The position numbers and the translations under genes are program-made. Of a DNA stretch of 49,126 nucleotides, positions 35,547 through 46,580 are shown piece after piece. Numbering within the stretch: position 1 is the stretch's first letter; every line of letters starts with the position of its first letter. This DNA comes from Candidatus Rokuibacteriota bacterium (GTDB lineage: Bacteria; Methylomirabilota; Methylomirabilia; Rokubacteriales; DASRDR01): positions 1-49,126 of the forward strand of contig JBIOTN010000079.1 in NCBI GenBank assembly GCA_044866005.1, given 5' to 3'. Under the pieces are notes generated by a model that ran no database searches, was not told the DNA's origin, and was given only the letters and a program-made list of their open reading frames with translations.

Positions 35547-36689
35547 GTGCGCGACCCGGACGCGGCGCCGCCGCGCTTCGCGCCGGATTCCGGCGGGCTC
35601 CTGGCGAGCCTGCCCGACGCCGTCATCGGCGTCCGTCCCGACCTGACCGTGGTCCTCTGGAACGCCGCGGCCGAGGCGCTGCTCGGCCGCTCGGCGACGC
35701 GCGCGCTCGGGCGCGCGCTCGGCGACCTCTTCGGTCACGACGCGCGGCTCGTGCGGCACCTCGCGGAGACGCTCCGGCTGGCCGAAGGCCGCGCCGAGGC
35801 CGAGTCGGAGATCGAGCTCGCGGGGGGCGGGACCGTGCCGGTGAGCCTCCAGACGGCGCCGATTCACGGGGCGGGCGGGGACCTCCGGGGAGCCGTCGCC
35901 GTGCTCCGCGACCTCTCGCGCATCAAGGCGCTCGAGGCCGAGGTCCGCCGCGGCGAGCGCCTGGCGGCGCTCGGCCAGATGGCGCTCGCGCTGGCGCACG
36001 AGATCCGGAACCCGCTCAGCGCGATCCGGGGCGTCGCCCAGCTCCTGGAGGCCGAGTTGGGCCGGGGCGCCTACGGCGAGCACCTCGCGGTCATGCGGGG
36101 GGAGATCGACCGCGTGAACCGCGTCATGGAGGCGCTGCTCGACCTCGGCCGTCCGCTGCGCTTCGCCTTCGCCGCCGTGAACCTGCACGAGCTGCTCGAG
36201 CGCGTCTGTCTCCTCGCCGACCCGGCCGCGACCGCCCAGGGCGTCCAGCTCGTGCGGCGCTACGACCCGAGCCTCCCCGCGCTCTGGGCGGACCCGGATC
36301 GGCTCACCCAGGTCTTCCAGAACCTCGTCCAGAACGGAATCGAGGCGATGCCTGGCGGCGGGCGGCTCACGCTCACGACCCGCGTCTCCCGCGACGCGGT
36401 CTACGGGAAGGTCGACCTGGGCGGAGGGCCGCGCCCGCTCGTCGAGGTCCAGGTGGCCGACGAGGGCGAAGGCATCCCCGAGGGGCTGCGCGACCGCGTC
36501 TTCGATCCCTTCGTCACGACGAAGCCGCGCGGGCTCGGGCTCGGCCTGGCCCTCGCCCACCGCATCGTGGAGGAGCATCGGGGGGCGCTGCGCGTGACCA
36601 GCTCGCCGGGCAAGGGGACGGTCTTCACCTGCTACCTGCCGACCGCGGCGCCCGGAACGCCGGGCAGTCCGGGGACGCCGCTGCCGTGA
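35547..36689 (+). CDS. Cytoplasmic PAS sensor histidine kinase (NtrB-like)
   Basis: N-terminal PAS (WNAAAE), H-box LAHEIRNPLSAIRG, N-box QVFQNLVQNG, and DPFVTTK/GLGLGL. No TM segments. Confidence 0.88.
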   Translation: MRDPDAAPPRFAPDSGGLLASLPDAVIGVRPDLTVVLWNAAAEALLGRSATRALGRALGDLFGHDARLVRHLAETLRLAEGRAEAESEIELAGGGTVPVSLQTAPIHGAGGDLRGAVAVLRDLSRIKALEAEVRRGERLAALGQMALALAHEIRNPLSAIRGVAQLLEAELGRGAYGEHLAVMRGEIDRVNRVMEALLDLGRPLRFAFAAVNLHELLERVCLLADPAATAQGVQLVRRYDPSLPALWADPDRLTQVFQNLVQNGIEAMPGGGRLTLTTRVSRDAVYGKVDLGGGPRPLVEVQVADEGEGIPEGLRDRVFDPFVTTKPRGLGLGLALAHRIVEEHRGALRVTSSPGKGTVFTCYLPTAAPGTPGSPGTPLP

Positions 36690-36756
36690 GTGGGCCCGGC
36701 TCGATGCCCGGCACGGGTGCCGGCCGCGACGGTCGCGCGTTCACGAGGGCGGCCCG

Positions 36757-38208
36757 GTGAGCGACGCGGACACGCTGCCCCCCGCGTCCGCGCGCATCCT
36801 CGTGGCGGACGACGAGCCTTCGATCCGCTGGCTCCTGGACCGTCTCCTCCGTCAGGCGGGCCACGCGGTGGTGGTCGTCGAGGATGGATCGGCCGCCCTC
36901 GAGCGCGCCGGGGCGGAGCCGTTCGACCTCGCCTTTCTCGACATCCGGATGCCGGGGCTCGACGGCCTCGAGGCGCTCTCCCGGCTGCGGCAGGCCAGCC
37001 CGGAGACCGCGGTCATCGTCATGACGGCGCACGGCAGCGTGCGGGCGGCGGTAGAGGCGATGCAGCGCGGCGCCTATGACTACCTCGCCAAGCCGTTCGA
37101 CAACGACGAGGTGCTCCTTCTGGTGGAGCGCGCGCTCGGGGCCAAGGCGCTCGCGCGGGAGGTCGTGGAGCTCCGGACCGGCATCCAGGAGGTCTGGGAG
37201 TTCGGCGCGCTGGTCGGGAAGTCCCCGCGGATGCAAGAGGTGTACAAGACCATCGGCCGCATCGCGGCCACCGACGTGACGGTGCTCCTCCAGGGTGAGT
37301 CGGGCACCGGCAAGGAGGTCGTGGCCCGCGCCATCCACCATTACAGCCGCCGCGCGGGGAAGCCGTTCGTCGCCGTGTCGTGCGCGGCGATCCCCGCGAC
37401 GCTGCTCGAGTCCGAACTGTTCGGTCACGAGCGCGGGGCGTTCACGGACGCCCACCAGCGTCGCATCGGGAAGCTCGAGCTCGCCCACGGCGGCACGGTC
37501 TACCTCGACGAGGTCGGCGACCTCGGGCCCGAGCTGCAACCAAAGCTCCTGCGGGCGCTGCAAGAGCGCGAGTTCGAGCGGATCGGCGGCGGCGAGCCGA
37601 TCCGCGTGGACGTGCGGGTGGTCGCGGCCACCAACCGGGCCCTCGAGGCGCTGATCGAGGACGGGCGGTTCCGCGAGGACCTCTACTACCGCCTCAACGT
37701 GGTGAGCCTCACGCTGCCGCCGCTCCGGGAGCGCCGCGAGGATGTCCCGTTCCTGGTGGACCACTTCCTGGGGAAGTATGGCGGCGAGCTCGGGGAGCGC
37801 GCGCTGTCGGCCGAGGCGCTCGACCGGCTCCTCGGCTACGGCTGGCCGGGGAACGTCCGCGAGCTCGAGAACGTGATCCAGCACGCCATGGTGATGGCGA
37901 CCAGCGGCGTCATCCTGCCCGAGCACCTGCCGATCGCCGCCGGCGGTCCGGGGCCGCCCCCGAAAGAGGGCACGCTCGAGCAGCTCATCCACGACAAGCT
38001 GGAGGAGTGCGTGCGGGGACTCGGCACGCGCGAGTCGGCGAACCTCTACGAGCTGGTGCTGGGGCTCGTGGAGCGTCCGCTCTTCCGCGCCGTCCTGCGC
38101 GAGACCGGCGGGAACCAGCTCCGCGCCGCGGCGCTTCTCGGGATCAACCGGAACACGCTCCGGAAGAAGCTCCGCGCCCTCGGTCTCAAGGCGGAAGGGG
38201 AGGAGTAG
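36757..38208 (+). CDS. sigma54-dependent response regulator (NtrC-like)
   Basis: REC domain (ADDE, DIRMP, KPF), AAA+ domain (GESGTGKE, ESELFGHERGAFTDA, WPGNVRELEN) and Fis HTH (GNQLRAAALLGINRNTLRKK). Confidence 0.92.
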   Translation: MSDADTLPPASARILVADDEPSIRWLLDRLLRQAGHAVVVVEDGSAALERAGAEPFDLAFLDIRMPGLDGLEALSRLRQASPETAVIVMTAHGSVRAAVEAMQRGAYDYLAKPFDNDEVLLLVERALGAKALAREVVELRTGIQEVWEFGALVGKSPRMQEVYKTIGRIAATDVTVLLQGESGTGKEVVARAIHHYSRRAGKPFVAVSCAAIPATLLESELFGHERGAFTDAHQRRIGKLELAHGGTVYLDEVGDLGPELQPKLLRALQEREFERIGGGEPIRVDVRVVAATNRALEALIEDGRFREDLYYRLNVVSLTLPPLRERREDVPFLVDHFLGKYGGELGERALSAEALDRLLGYGWPGNVRELENVIQHAMVMATSGVILPEHLPIAAGGPGPPPKEGTLEQLIHDKLEECVRGLGTRESANLYELVLGLVERPLFRAVLRETGGNQLRAAALLGINRNTLRKKLRALGLKAEGEE

Positions 38209-38306
38209 GGCCGGCTCGACTCAGCTCCTCGCGGCCCGGGCGGCCCGTCGAAGGCGGCGCCCTCCCGCCCCCTCCGCACGGCCGCCCGGGTGCGTCCGCG
38301 CCGTCG

Positions 38307-38813
38307 TCAGACCGGCTCGGCGAGGACGCCCCAGAGGGCGTCCAGGCGCTCCGGTCCGGCGGCGCCGCGGAGGACCTGGTCCACGTCCTCGAACGCCCCG
38401 GCCATCTCCGCCTCCTCTCCCGGAAGCAGACCGGCGACCCCTCCCGGTCGCCGGGCCGCCAGGCGGCATGCCCGCAGGTGGTCGTGGACCAGATGGAGGT
38501 AATATTCGAGCACGACGACGACGGCGTACCGGTCCGGCGCCGGCGTCGTCTCGCGCGCGATCAGGCGTGCCCCGGAGCGCTCGATGGACACGGCCGCCAC
38601 CGGCGCCTCCTCGCGCGGGGCGACCTCGACGTCGAGGATCGGCCAGGGCGCGAGCCAGGCCGGGGCGCGCTCGGCCAGCCCGCGCGCGAGCTCGGCAAAC
38701 CGCCCGAATGCCCGCCGGGTGGGTGCCGGCGCGACGCTGATGGCGCCCGCGCTCATCTCGAGGATCGCCAGGCTCCGCCGGATCCACTGCTCGTCCATCC
38801 GCGTGACCGCCAT
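38307..38813 (-). CDS. Hypothetical protein (168 aa)
   Basis: ATG at 38813 with a G-rich RBS, GC3-rich codons, non-overlapping position and a sigma54 box upstream. Confidence 0.7.
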   Translation of the reverse strand: MAVTRMDEQWIRRSLAILEMSAGAISVAPAPTRRAFGRFAELARGLAERAPAWLAPWPILDVEVAPREEAPVAAVSIERSGARLIARETTPAPDRYAVVVVLEYYLHLVHDHLRACRLAARRPGGVAGLLPGEEAEMAGAFEDVDQVLRGAAGPERLDALWGVLAEPV

Positions 38814-38860
38814 CGTGCCCCCCCGCAGAATGTCGCTCCGTCGAGCCGGCGCCGAGACAG

Positions 38861-38876
38861 AGCACGGGCCGTGCCA
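38861..38876 (-). promoter_or_regulatory. sigma54 (-24/-12) promoter for the 168-aa hypothetical gene
   Basis: Minus strand TGGCACGGCCCGTGCT (GG-N10-GC), 47 nt before the ATG. Confidence 0.72.
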
Positions 38877-39019
38877 CGGGGTCGGGCCCGCGCGCGCCGC
38901 ACAAATTCGCCGACTTCGCCCCGGTGGCGGGCGGGTGACAGGGGCGCGGGCTGGCGTGGTCGCCCGAAGAGCGGGTGTGATGACCCGGCCGTCCGCCGGC
39001 CGGCGTTCCGGGGGAGCCG

Positions 39020-39058
39020 ATCCGGCGACGTCGCCAACGAGAATCCGGCGACGTCGCC
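39020..39058. promoter_or_regulatory. Tandem palindromic operator/enhancer sites
   Basis: ATCCGGCGACGTCGCC at 39020-39035 and 39043-39058 (23-bp period), each containing the palindrome GGCGACGTCGCC. A 13/16 copy lies at 38905-38920. Confidence 0.6.
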
Positions 39059-39087
39059 TTGACACTCCTGGGGGCGTCCGCTAGGCT
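39059..39087 (+). promoter_or_regulatory. Putative sigma70 promoter for nuoLMN
   Basis: TTGACA-N17-TAGGCT. Confidence 0.7.
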
Positions 39088-39155
39088 ACGGGTGCGCGAC
39101 CGGCGGCCCGGGGTGCTCCCGGGCCGTTCGCGTGCCGGCGGATGCCCGCGGACGC

Positions 39156-41039
<1,884 letters not shown>

Positions 41040-41139
41040 GCGCGGCGCCGGTGAGCGTCGCCTCGGTCGCTTCGCTGCCGCCGCGGGTCCTGGCGACCGG
41101 CCCCGCCGCGGGCGGGCGGCGAAACATGGCAGCCCGACC

Positions 41140-42651
41140 ATGCTGCTGACGGCGATCGTCTTCCTCCCCACGCTGGGCGCCGCGGCGCTCTTCCTCCTCG
41201 ACCGCCGGAACGAGCGCCAGCTCCACCAGGTCGCGCTCTTCGTCAGCCTGGTCACCTTCGCCGTCTCCTGCCTCCTCTGGATCGGTTTCGACCCGAGCCG
41301 CGCGGGCATGCAGTTCGAGGAGCGGCGGGCCTGGATCCCCGCCTCGGGCGCCAGCTATCACCTCGGCATCGACGGCATCAGCCTGCTGCTGGTCCTCCTG
41401 ACGACCTTCCTCACGCCGCTCTGCCTGCTCTCGGCGTGGTCCCAGATCACCACGCGGGTGAAGGAGTTCCTGATCGCGATGCTCCTTCTCGAGACGGGCA
41501 TGATCGGCGTCTTCGTGGCCCTCGACCTCTTCCTCTTCTTCGTCTTCTGGGAGGCGATGCTGATCCCGATGTACTTCGTCATCGGGGTCTGGGGCGGCCC
41601 GCGGCGCGTGTACGCGGCGGTGAAGTTCATCCTCTACACGATGGCCGGCTCGGCGCTCATGCTCCTGGCCATCCTGACGCTCTACTACCTCCACGGCAGC
41701 CAGTCGGGGACCTATACGTTCGACTACCCCGCCATTGCGGCGATGACGGTGACGCCGGGGTCCCTCCAGGCGCTCCTCTTCCTCGCCTTCGCCCTGGCCT
41801 TCGCCATCAAGGTGCCGATGTTCCCGTTCCACACCTGGCTTCCCGACGCGCACGTCGAGGCGCCGACGGCCGGCAGCGTGATCCTGGCCGGCGTCCTCCT
41901 CAAGATGGGGACGTACGGCTTCCTCCGCTTCTGTCTTCCCCTCTTCCCGCACGCCTCGGCCGTCTTCGCGCCGGCGATCGCGGTCCTCGCCGTGATCGGG
42001 ATCCTCTACGGCGCCTGGGTGTCGATGGTCCAGCCGGACCTCAAGAAGCTCATCGCCTATTCGTCGGTGAGCCACCTCGGCTTCGTCATGCTCGGCCTCT
42101 TCGCCCTGAACCCGCAGGGCATCGAGGGCGGGATCCTCCAGATGGTCAACCACGGCGTCTCCACGGGGGCGCTCTTCCTCCTGGTCGGCATGATCTACGA
42201 GCGGCGGCACTCCCGGCTGATCGCCGACTTCGGGGGGCTCTGGGCGGTGGTCCCCGTCTTCTCGGCGATCTTCCTCTTCGTGACGCTTTCCTCCATCGGG
42301 CTGCCGGGGCTCAACGGGTTCGTCGGCGAGTTCCTGATCCTGGTCGGCGCCTTCCAGGTGAGCCGCCTGTTCGCGGCGCTGGGGACGGCCGGGATCATCT
42401 TCGCCGCCGTCTACATGCTCTGGATGTACCAGCGCGTCGCCTTCGGCGAGGTGCGCCACGCGGAGAGCCGGCAGTTGCCCGACCTCTCCGCCCGCGAGCT
42501 CCTCACGCTGGCGCCGCTGCTGCTGCTGATCCTCTGGATCGGCGTCTATCCCACGCCGTTCACCGCGGTGACCGAGGCGAGCGTGGCCGAGCTGATCGCG
42601 GTCGTGAAGGCGAAGGCCGGACCGATGGGCGCCTGGTGGGTCGCGTACTGA
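41140..42651 (+). CDS. nuoM: NADH-quinone oxidoreductase subunit M
   Basis: LGIDGIS, FWEAMLIPMY, AIKVPMFPFHTWLPDAHVEAPTAGSVILAG, LKMGTYG and LPGLNGFVGEF. Confidence 0.95.
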   Translation: MLLTAIVFLPTLGAAALFLLDRRNERQLHQVALFVSLVTFAVSCLLWIGFDPSRAGMQFEERRAWIPASGASYHLGIDGISLLLVLLTTFLTPLCLLSAWSQITTRVKEFLIAMLLLETGMIGVFVALDLFLFFVFWEAMLIPMYFVIGVWGGPRRVYAAVKFILYTMAGSALMLLAILTLYYLHGSQSGTYTFDYPAIAAMTVTPGSLQALLFLAFALAFAIKVPMFPFHTWLPDAHVEAPTAGSVILAGVLLKMGTYGFLRFCLPLFPHASAVFAPAIAVLAVIGILYGAWVSMVQPDLKKLIAYSSVSHLGFVMLGLFALNPQGIEGGILQMVNHGVSTGALFLLVGMIYERRHSRLIADFGGLWAVVPVFSAIFLFVTLSSIGLPGLNGFVGEFLILVGAFQVSRLFAALGTAGIIFAAVYMLWMYQRVAFGEVRHAESRQLPDLSARELLTLAPLLLLILWIGVYPTPFTAVTEASVAELIAVVKAKAGPMGAWWVAY

Positions 42652-44156
42652 TGCCGATCACCCTGCCCGCGCTCGCCTGGCCGGTGCTGACCCCGATGCT
42701 CATCGTGACCGGCACGAGCGTGGCCTGCCTCCTCCTCGACCTGGTGCCGCCGCTCGACCGGAAGGGGCATCTCGCCGCCGTCGGCGTCCTCGGGCTCGGC
42801 GGCGCGCTCCTCGCCTCGGCGATCCTCTGGGGCCAGCCCGCCGCCGCCTTCCAGCGCATGGTGGCCCTGGACGACTTCGCGCTCTTCTTCAACGCGATCT
42901 TCTGCGTGGCGGCCGCGCTCGTGCTGCTGCTCTCGGTCGGGTACCTCCGCCGACAGGGCGTGGAGGCGGGCGAGTACTACGTCCTCGTTCTCTTCGCGGC
43001 CGTGGGCATGATGCTCATGGCCTCCGCCCTCGACCTCCTCGTCGTCTTCCTCGGCCTCGAGCTGATGTCGCTCTCCCTCTACGTCCTCGCGGGTTTCTTC
43101 CGCACGCGGGCCGCGAGCAACGAATCGGCGATGAAGTATTTCCTCCTGGGCGCCTTCGCGAGCGGCTTCTTCGTCTACGGGATCGCGCTCCTCTACGGGG
43201 CGACAGGGACGACCAGCCTCGCGGGGCTGGGCGCGGCGGTGGCGGCGCCCGGCGCGGGGCGGGACCCCCTCGTCCTGGCCGGGGTCGCCCTGCTCCTGGT
43301 CGGGTTCGGCTTCAAGACCTCGACCGTGCCGTTCCACCAGTGGGTGCCCGACGTCTACGAGGGGGCGCCCACCGCGGTGGCCGCCCTCATCGCCACCGGC
43401 TCCAAGGCCGCGGCCTTCGCGGCGCTCCTGCGGGTCCTCATCGCCCTGCGGGCTCTCCAGCCCGACTGGCTGGCGCTCTTCTGGCTCCTGGCCGCGGTGA
43501 CGATGACGGTCGGGAACGTCGTCGCGCTCGCGCAGCGGAACGTCAAGCGGCTGCTCGCCTACTCCTCGGTCGCCCACGTCGGCTACATGCTGGTCGGAGT
43601 CACCGTCGGGTCGGCGGCGGGGCACGCGGCGGTGCTCTACTATCTGGTCGTCTACTCGTTCGCCACGGTCGGCGCCTTCGGGGTCGTCCTGCTCCTGGAG
43701 CGCGAGGGACCAGAAGGGAGCGGCGGCCCGGAGGCCGCCGGCCCGAGGCGTGACCGGCTGGTCGAGGCGGTCGACCTGGACGCCTACGGCGGACTCGCGG
43801 CCCGGCACCCGGTGCTGGCGCTCACGCTCACCGTCTGCCTGCTCTCGCTGATCGGCATGCCGCCGACCGCGGGGTTCGTGGGGAAGTTCTACCTCTTCGG
43901 CGCGGCGATCCGCGACGGCTTCGTGTGGCTCGCCCTCGTCGCCGTGCTGAACTCGGTGGTCGCCGCCTACTACTACCTCCGCCTCGTCGTCTACATGTAC
44001 ATGCGCGACCCGGAGGCGGCGCCCATCCACGCGGCGCTCACGCCGGCGGCCGGGCTCTCGCTCGTCGTCGCCGTCTGGGCCACGTTCCACCTCGGGCTGG
44101 CGCCGGCCACCGTGCTCGGCCTCGCCCAGCGCGCCGTCGCGCCGCTCGCGCCGTAG
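42651..44156 (+). CDS. nuoN: NADH-quinone oxidoreductase subunit N
   Basis: GEYY, LELMSLSLYVL, ESAMKYFLLGAFAS, FKTSTVPFHQWVPDVYEGAPT, KRLLAYSSVAH and PPTAGFVGKF. Confidence 0.95.
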   Translation: MPITLPALAWPVLTPMLIVTGTSVACLLLDLVPPLDRKGHLAAVGVLGLGGALLASAILWGQPAAAFQRMVALDDFALFFNAIFCVAAALVLLLSVGYLRRQGVEAGEYYVLVLFAAVGMMLMASALDLLVVFLGLELMSLSLYVLAGFFRTRAASNESAMKYFLLGAFASGFFVYGIALLYGATGTTSLAGLGAAVAAPGAGRDPLVLAGVALLLVGFGFKTSTVPFHQWVPDVYEGAPTAVAALIATGSKAAAFAALLRVLIALRALQPDWLALFWLLAAVTMTVGNVVALAQRNVKRLLAYSSVAHVGYMLVGVTVGSAAGHAAVLYYLVVYSFATVGAFGVVLLLEREGPEGSGGPEAAGPRRDRLVEAVDLDAYGGLAARHPVLALTLTVCLLSLIGMPPTAGFVGKFYLFGAAIRDGFVWLALVAVLNSVVAAYYYLRLVVYMYMRDPEAAPIHAALTPAAGLSLVVAVWATFHLGLAPATVLGLAQRAVAPLAP

Positions 44157-44195
44157 CCCGGCCGGACCGGGGCAAGCCGGCGACAGGACCCGCGG
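44156..44195 (-). repeat. Partial copy of family B element
   Basis: GCCCGGCCGGACCGGGGCAAGCCGGCGACAGGACCCGCGG is near-identical to about 29253-29292. Confidence 0.8.
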
Positions 44196-44214
44196 GCGCG
44201 GATGGCCTAGACGC

Positions 44215-45420
44215 GTGAACCAGGCGCGGACGAGCCTGACGGTCGCGGCCCTCACGATGGCCGTGCAGAACGGCATCGTGACGGCCTTCGCCGTCCTCTA
44301 CCTCCCCCTCGTCCGCGAGTTCGGCGAAGGGCGCGGCGTCGTCGCGGCGGTCCAGTCGAGCGTGGTGCTCCTGGGCGGGCTCGGGGCGCCGCTCGCCGGC
44401 GCCGCGCTCGACCGGTGGGGGCCGCGGCGCCTCTTCCAGGCGGGCGCCGCGCTCGCCGCCGCCGGCCTCCTGCTCGCGAGCCAGACGCGCGGGCTCCCGC
44501 TCCTCGTGCTGAGCTACGGCGTCCTGGCCGGCGCCGGGCTGTCGGCCCTGGCGAGCGTGCCGAACATGGTGGTGGTGGCGCAGTGGTTCCCCCGGCGGCG
44601 CGGCGGTGCGATCGCGCTCGCGGACCTCGGCACCCCGGTCGGCGCGTTCGCGCTCGTCCCGCTGGCGCAGCTCCTGGTGGAGCGGGTCGGCTGGCGGACG
44701 AGCGTCCAGCTCCTCGCGGCGCTCCTGCTCCTGGTGGTGCTCCCGGCCAACGCGCTTCAGCGCCTGCCCCCCGGCGATGGCGGTCAGCCCCGGCCCCGCC
44801 CCGACGTCCGTCCCTTGCGCGCGGCCGTGCGGACGCCGAGCTTCTGGTGGCTGGCGGCGGTGCGCTTCTGCACCGGCGTCGGCTTCACGCTCGTCAACAC
44901 GCACGCCGTCGCGGCGGCGATCGACGCCGGCATCGCCCCGCTGGCTGCCGCCGCGGCGCTCGGCGGCGTCAGCGTGGTGAGCCTGGCCGGTCGTCTCGCG
45001 GTGGGCGCGCTCGCGGATCGGGCGGGGGCGGCCCGGGCCCTGTCCGTGAGCTTCACGAGCGGGCTCCTCGGGATCGCCTGCCTCGCCCTGCTCGTGACCA
45101 CGCGCCGCCCGGGCTGGCTCGCGGCCTTCGTCCTCTGTTACGGGCTCGCCCAGGGGAGCGGCGGCATCGTGGCGATGGCCGCCGCGACGGCGACGTTTCA
45201 CGGGCAGGCGGTGGGCGCGATCACCGGCTGGATCGCGGTCGCCAGCGGGCCGGGCGAGGCGCTCGGCGCGTGGAGTGGCGGAGCGCTCTACGACTGGACG
45301 GGCGGGTACGGGTACGCGCTCGCCCTCGCGGGCGCGGCCCTCGTGGCCGGGGTGGCCGCCATCTGGCGGGCAGAGCGCAGGGAGGTCGGTCATGCCCACG
45401 CACAGGCTCATTCGCGCTGA
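44215..45420 (+). CDS. MFS transporter (OFA/MCT-like)
   Basis: About 12 TM segments, DRWGPRR motif A, QWFPRRRGGA and GALADRAG. Confidence 0.85.
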   Translation: MNQARTSLTVAALTMAVQNGIVTAFAVLYLPLVREFGEGRGVVAAVQSSVVLLGGLGAPLAGAALDRWGPRRLFQAGAALAAAGLLLASQTRGLPLLVLSYGVLAGAGLSALASVPNMVVVAQWFPRRRGGAIALADLGTPVGAFALVPLAQLLVERVGWRTSVQLLAALLLLVVLPANALQRLPPGDGGQPRPRPDVRPLRAAVRTPSFWWLAAVRFCTGVGFTLVNTHAVAAAIDAGIAPLAAAAALGGVSVVSLAGRLAVGALADRAGAARALSVSFTSGLLGIACLALLVTTRRPGWLAAFVLCYGLAQGSGGIVAMAAATATFHGQAVGAITGWIAVASGPGEALGAWSGGALYDWTGGYGYALALAGAALVAGVAAIWRAERREVGHAHAQAHSR

Positions 45421-45844
45421 GGGGCTGTCCGAGCCCATCAGCCACTACTCGGACGCGGTCCGGGCAGGGAACACGGTCTACGTCTCGGGCCAGGCCAGCC
45501 TGGATGGCACGGGACGGCTCGTCGGGGCCGGCGACGTCGTCGCGCAGACGCGCCAGGTGCTGGACAACATGAAGCTCGCGCTCGCCGCGGCCGGCGCGAC
45601 GCTCGACGACGTGGTGAAGGTGACGGTCTACCTCCGGCACTGCGCCGACCGGCCGAGGGTGAACGAGGTCCGGCAGGCCTATTTCGGCGCGAACCGGCCG
45701 GCCAGCACGCTCATCGGCATCGGCGAGTTCGCCATCGACGGGATGCTGGTCGAGATCGACGCGGTGGCAGTCGTCCGGCCGCGTCGGGCCGCCGCGAGCC
45801 GGCGGCCGCCGCGCCGGGCGACGCGCCGGCGCCGCGCGCGCTGA
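45392..45844 (+). CDS. RidA/YjgF/UK114 family protein
   Basis: GGAGG RBS. YSDAVRAGNTVYVSGQ, VVKVTVYL, RPAST and LVEIDAVA, followed by an Arg-rich tail. Confidence 0.9.
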   Translation: MPTHRLIRAEGLSEPISHYSDAVRAGNTVYVSGQASLDGTGRLVGAGDVVAQTRQVLDNMKLALAAAGATLDDVVKVTVYLRHCADRPRVNEVRQAYFGANRPASTLIGIGEFAIDGMLVEIDAVAVVRPRRAAASRRPPRRATRRRRAR

Positions 45845-45864
45845 GGGTGGGCGCTGGGGCGCCC

Positions 45865-46323
45865 TTACCCGCGCTGGATCTCGAGCGGCAGCAGCGTGTC
45901 CACGAGGGAAGCGCCGCCGTCGGCGTAGATGAGCTGACCGGTGATCCAGCCGGCGTCGGGGGAGCAGAGCAGGCCGACGACGTTCCCGATGTCGGCCGGG
46001 GTGCTCATCCGGCCCATGGCCGTCCACCCGCTCGCGTGCCACGACCGCGCCGTCTGGACCACCGGATCCGGCCACCCGTTCAGCACGCTGTCGTCGGTCA
46101 GCCCCGGGCTCACCGAGTTGACCGTGATGCCGCGCGGGGCCAGGGTCACCGCGAAGTAGCGGACCACGGATTCCATCGCCGCCTTCGCCGCCCCCATCGC
46201 GATCCACGGCTGCCACGTGCCCTTCTGCCCGCCGGGCGCGTACGTGACGGCAACGATCCGCCCGCCCGCCCCCATCAACGCCGCCGCCTCGCGGACGCCG
46301 ACCAGGAACGCTTCGAGCGTCAT
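45865..46323 (-). pseudogene. SDR / enoyl-ACP-reductase-like gene lacking the N-terminal Rossmann region
   Basis: The C-terminal SDR half is present (GGRIVAV, MGAAKAAME, GITVNSVSPG, WITGQLIYADGG). There is no TGxxxGIG motif, although the ATG has a strong GAGGAGG RBS. Confidence 0.6.
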
Positions 46324-46399
46324 GGGGACCTCCTCGGGCTGGTCGGGGAACCCGACCGCGAGACCTCGCGCCGCGAGTCACTCGGTTTGATGTGGTCGG

Positions 46400-46429
46400 A
46401 CGGTAAGGCCCCAGTGCCGTGGGAGTCAA
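46400..46429 (-). promoter_or_regulatory. Putative sigma70 promoter for the SDR gene
   Basis: Minus strand TTGACT-N18-TACCGT. Confidence 0.45.
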
Positions 46430-46580
46430 GCCGCCGTTTTCACCGAGGCGGAGGCGGGCCGCGCGGCAGAGCACCGCGCGGCCGAGACGCTCCCCTGGCA
46501 TCGTGGACGGCGCTTCGCGCGGTCGCGGCTTGACACGCGGACGGGGCGATGACACGTTGAGGACGGAGAATTCCGCATCC

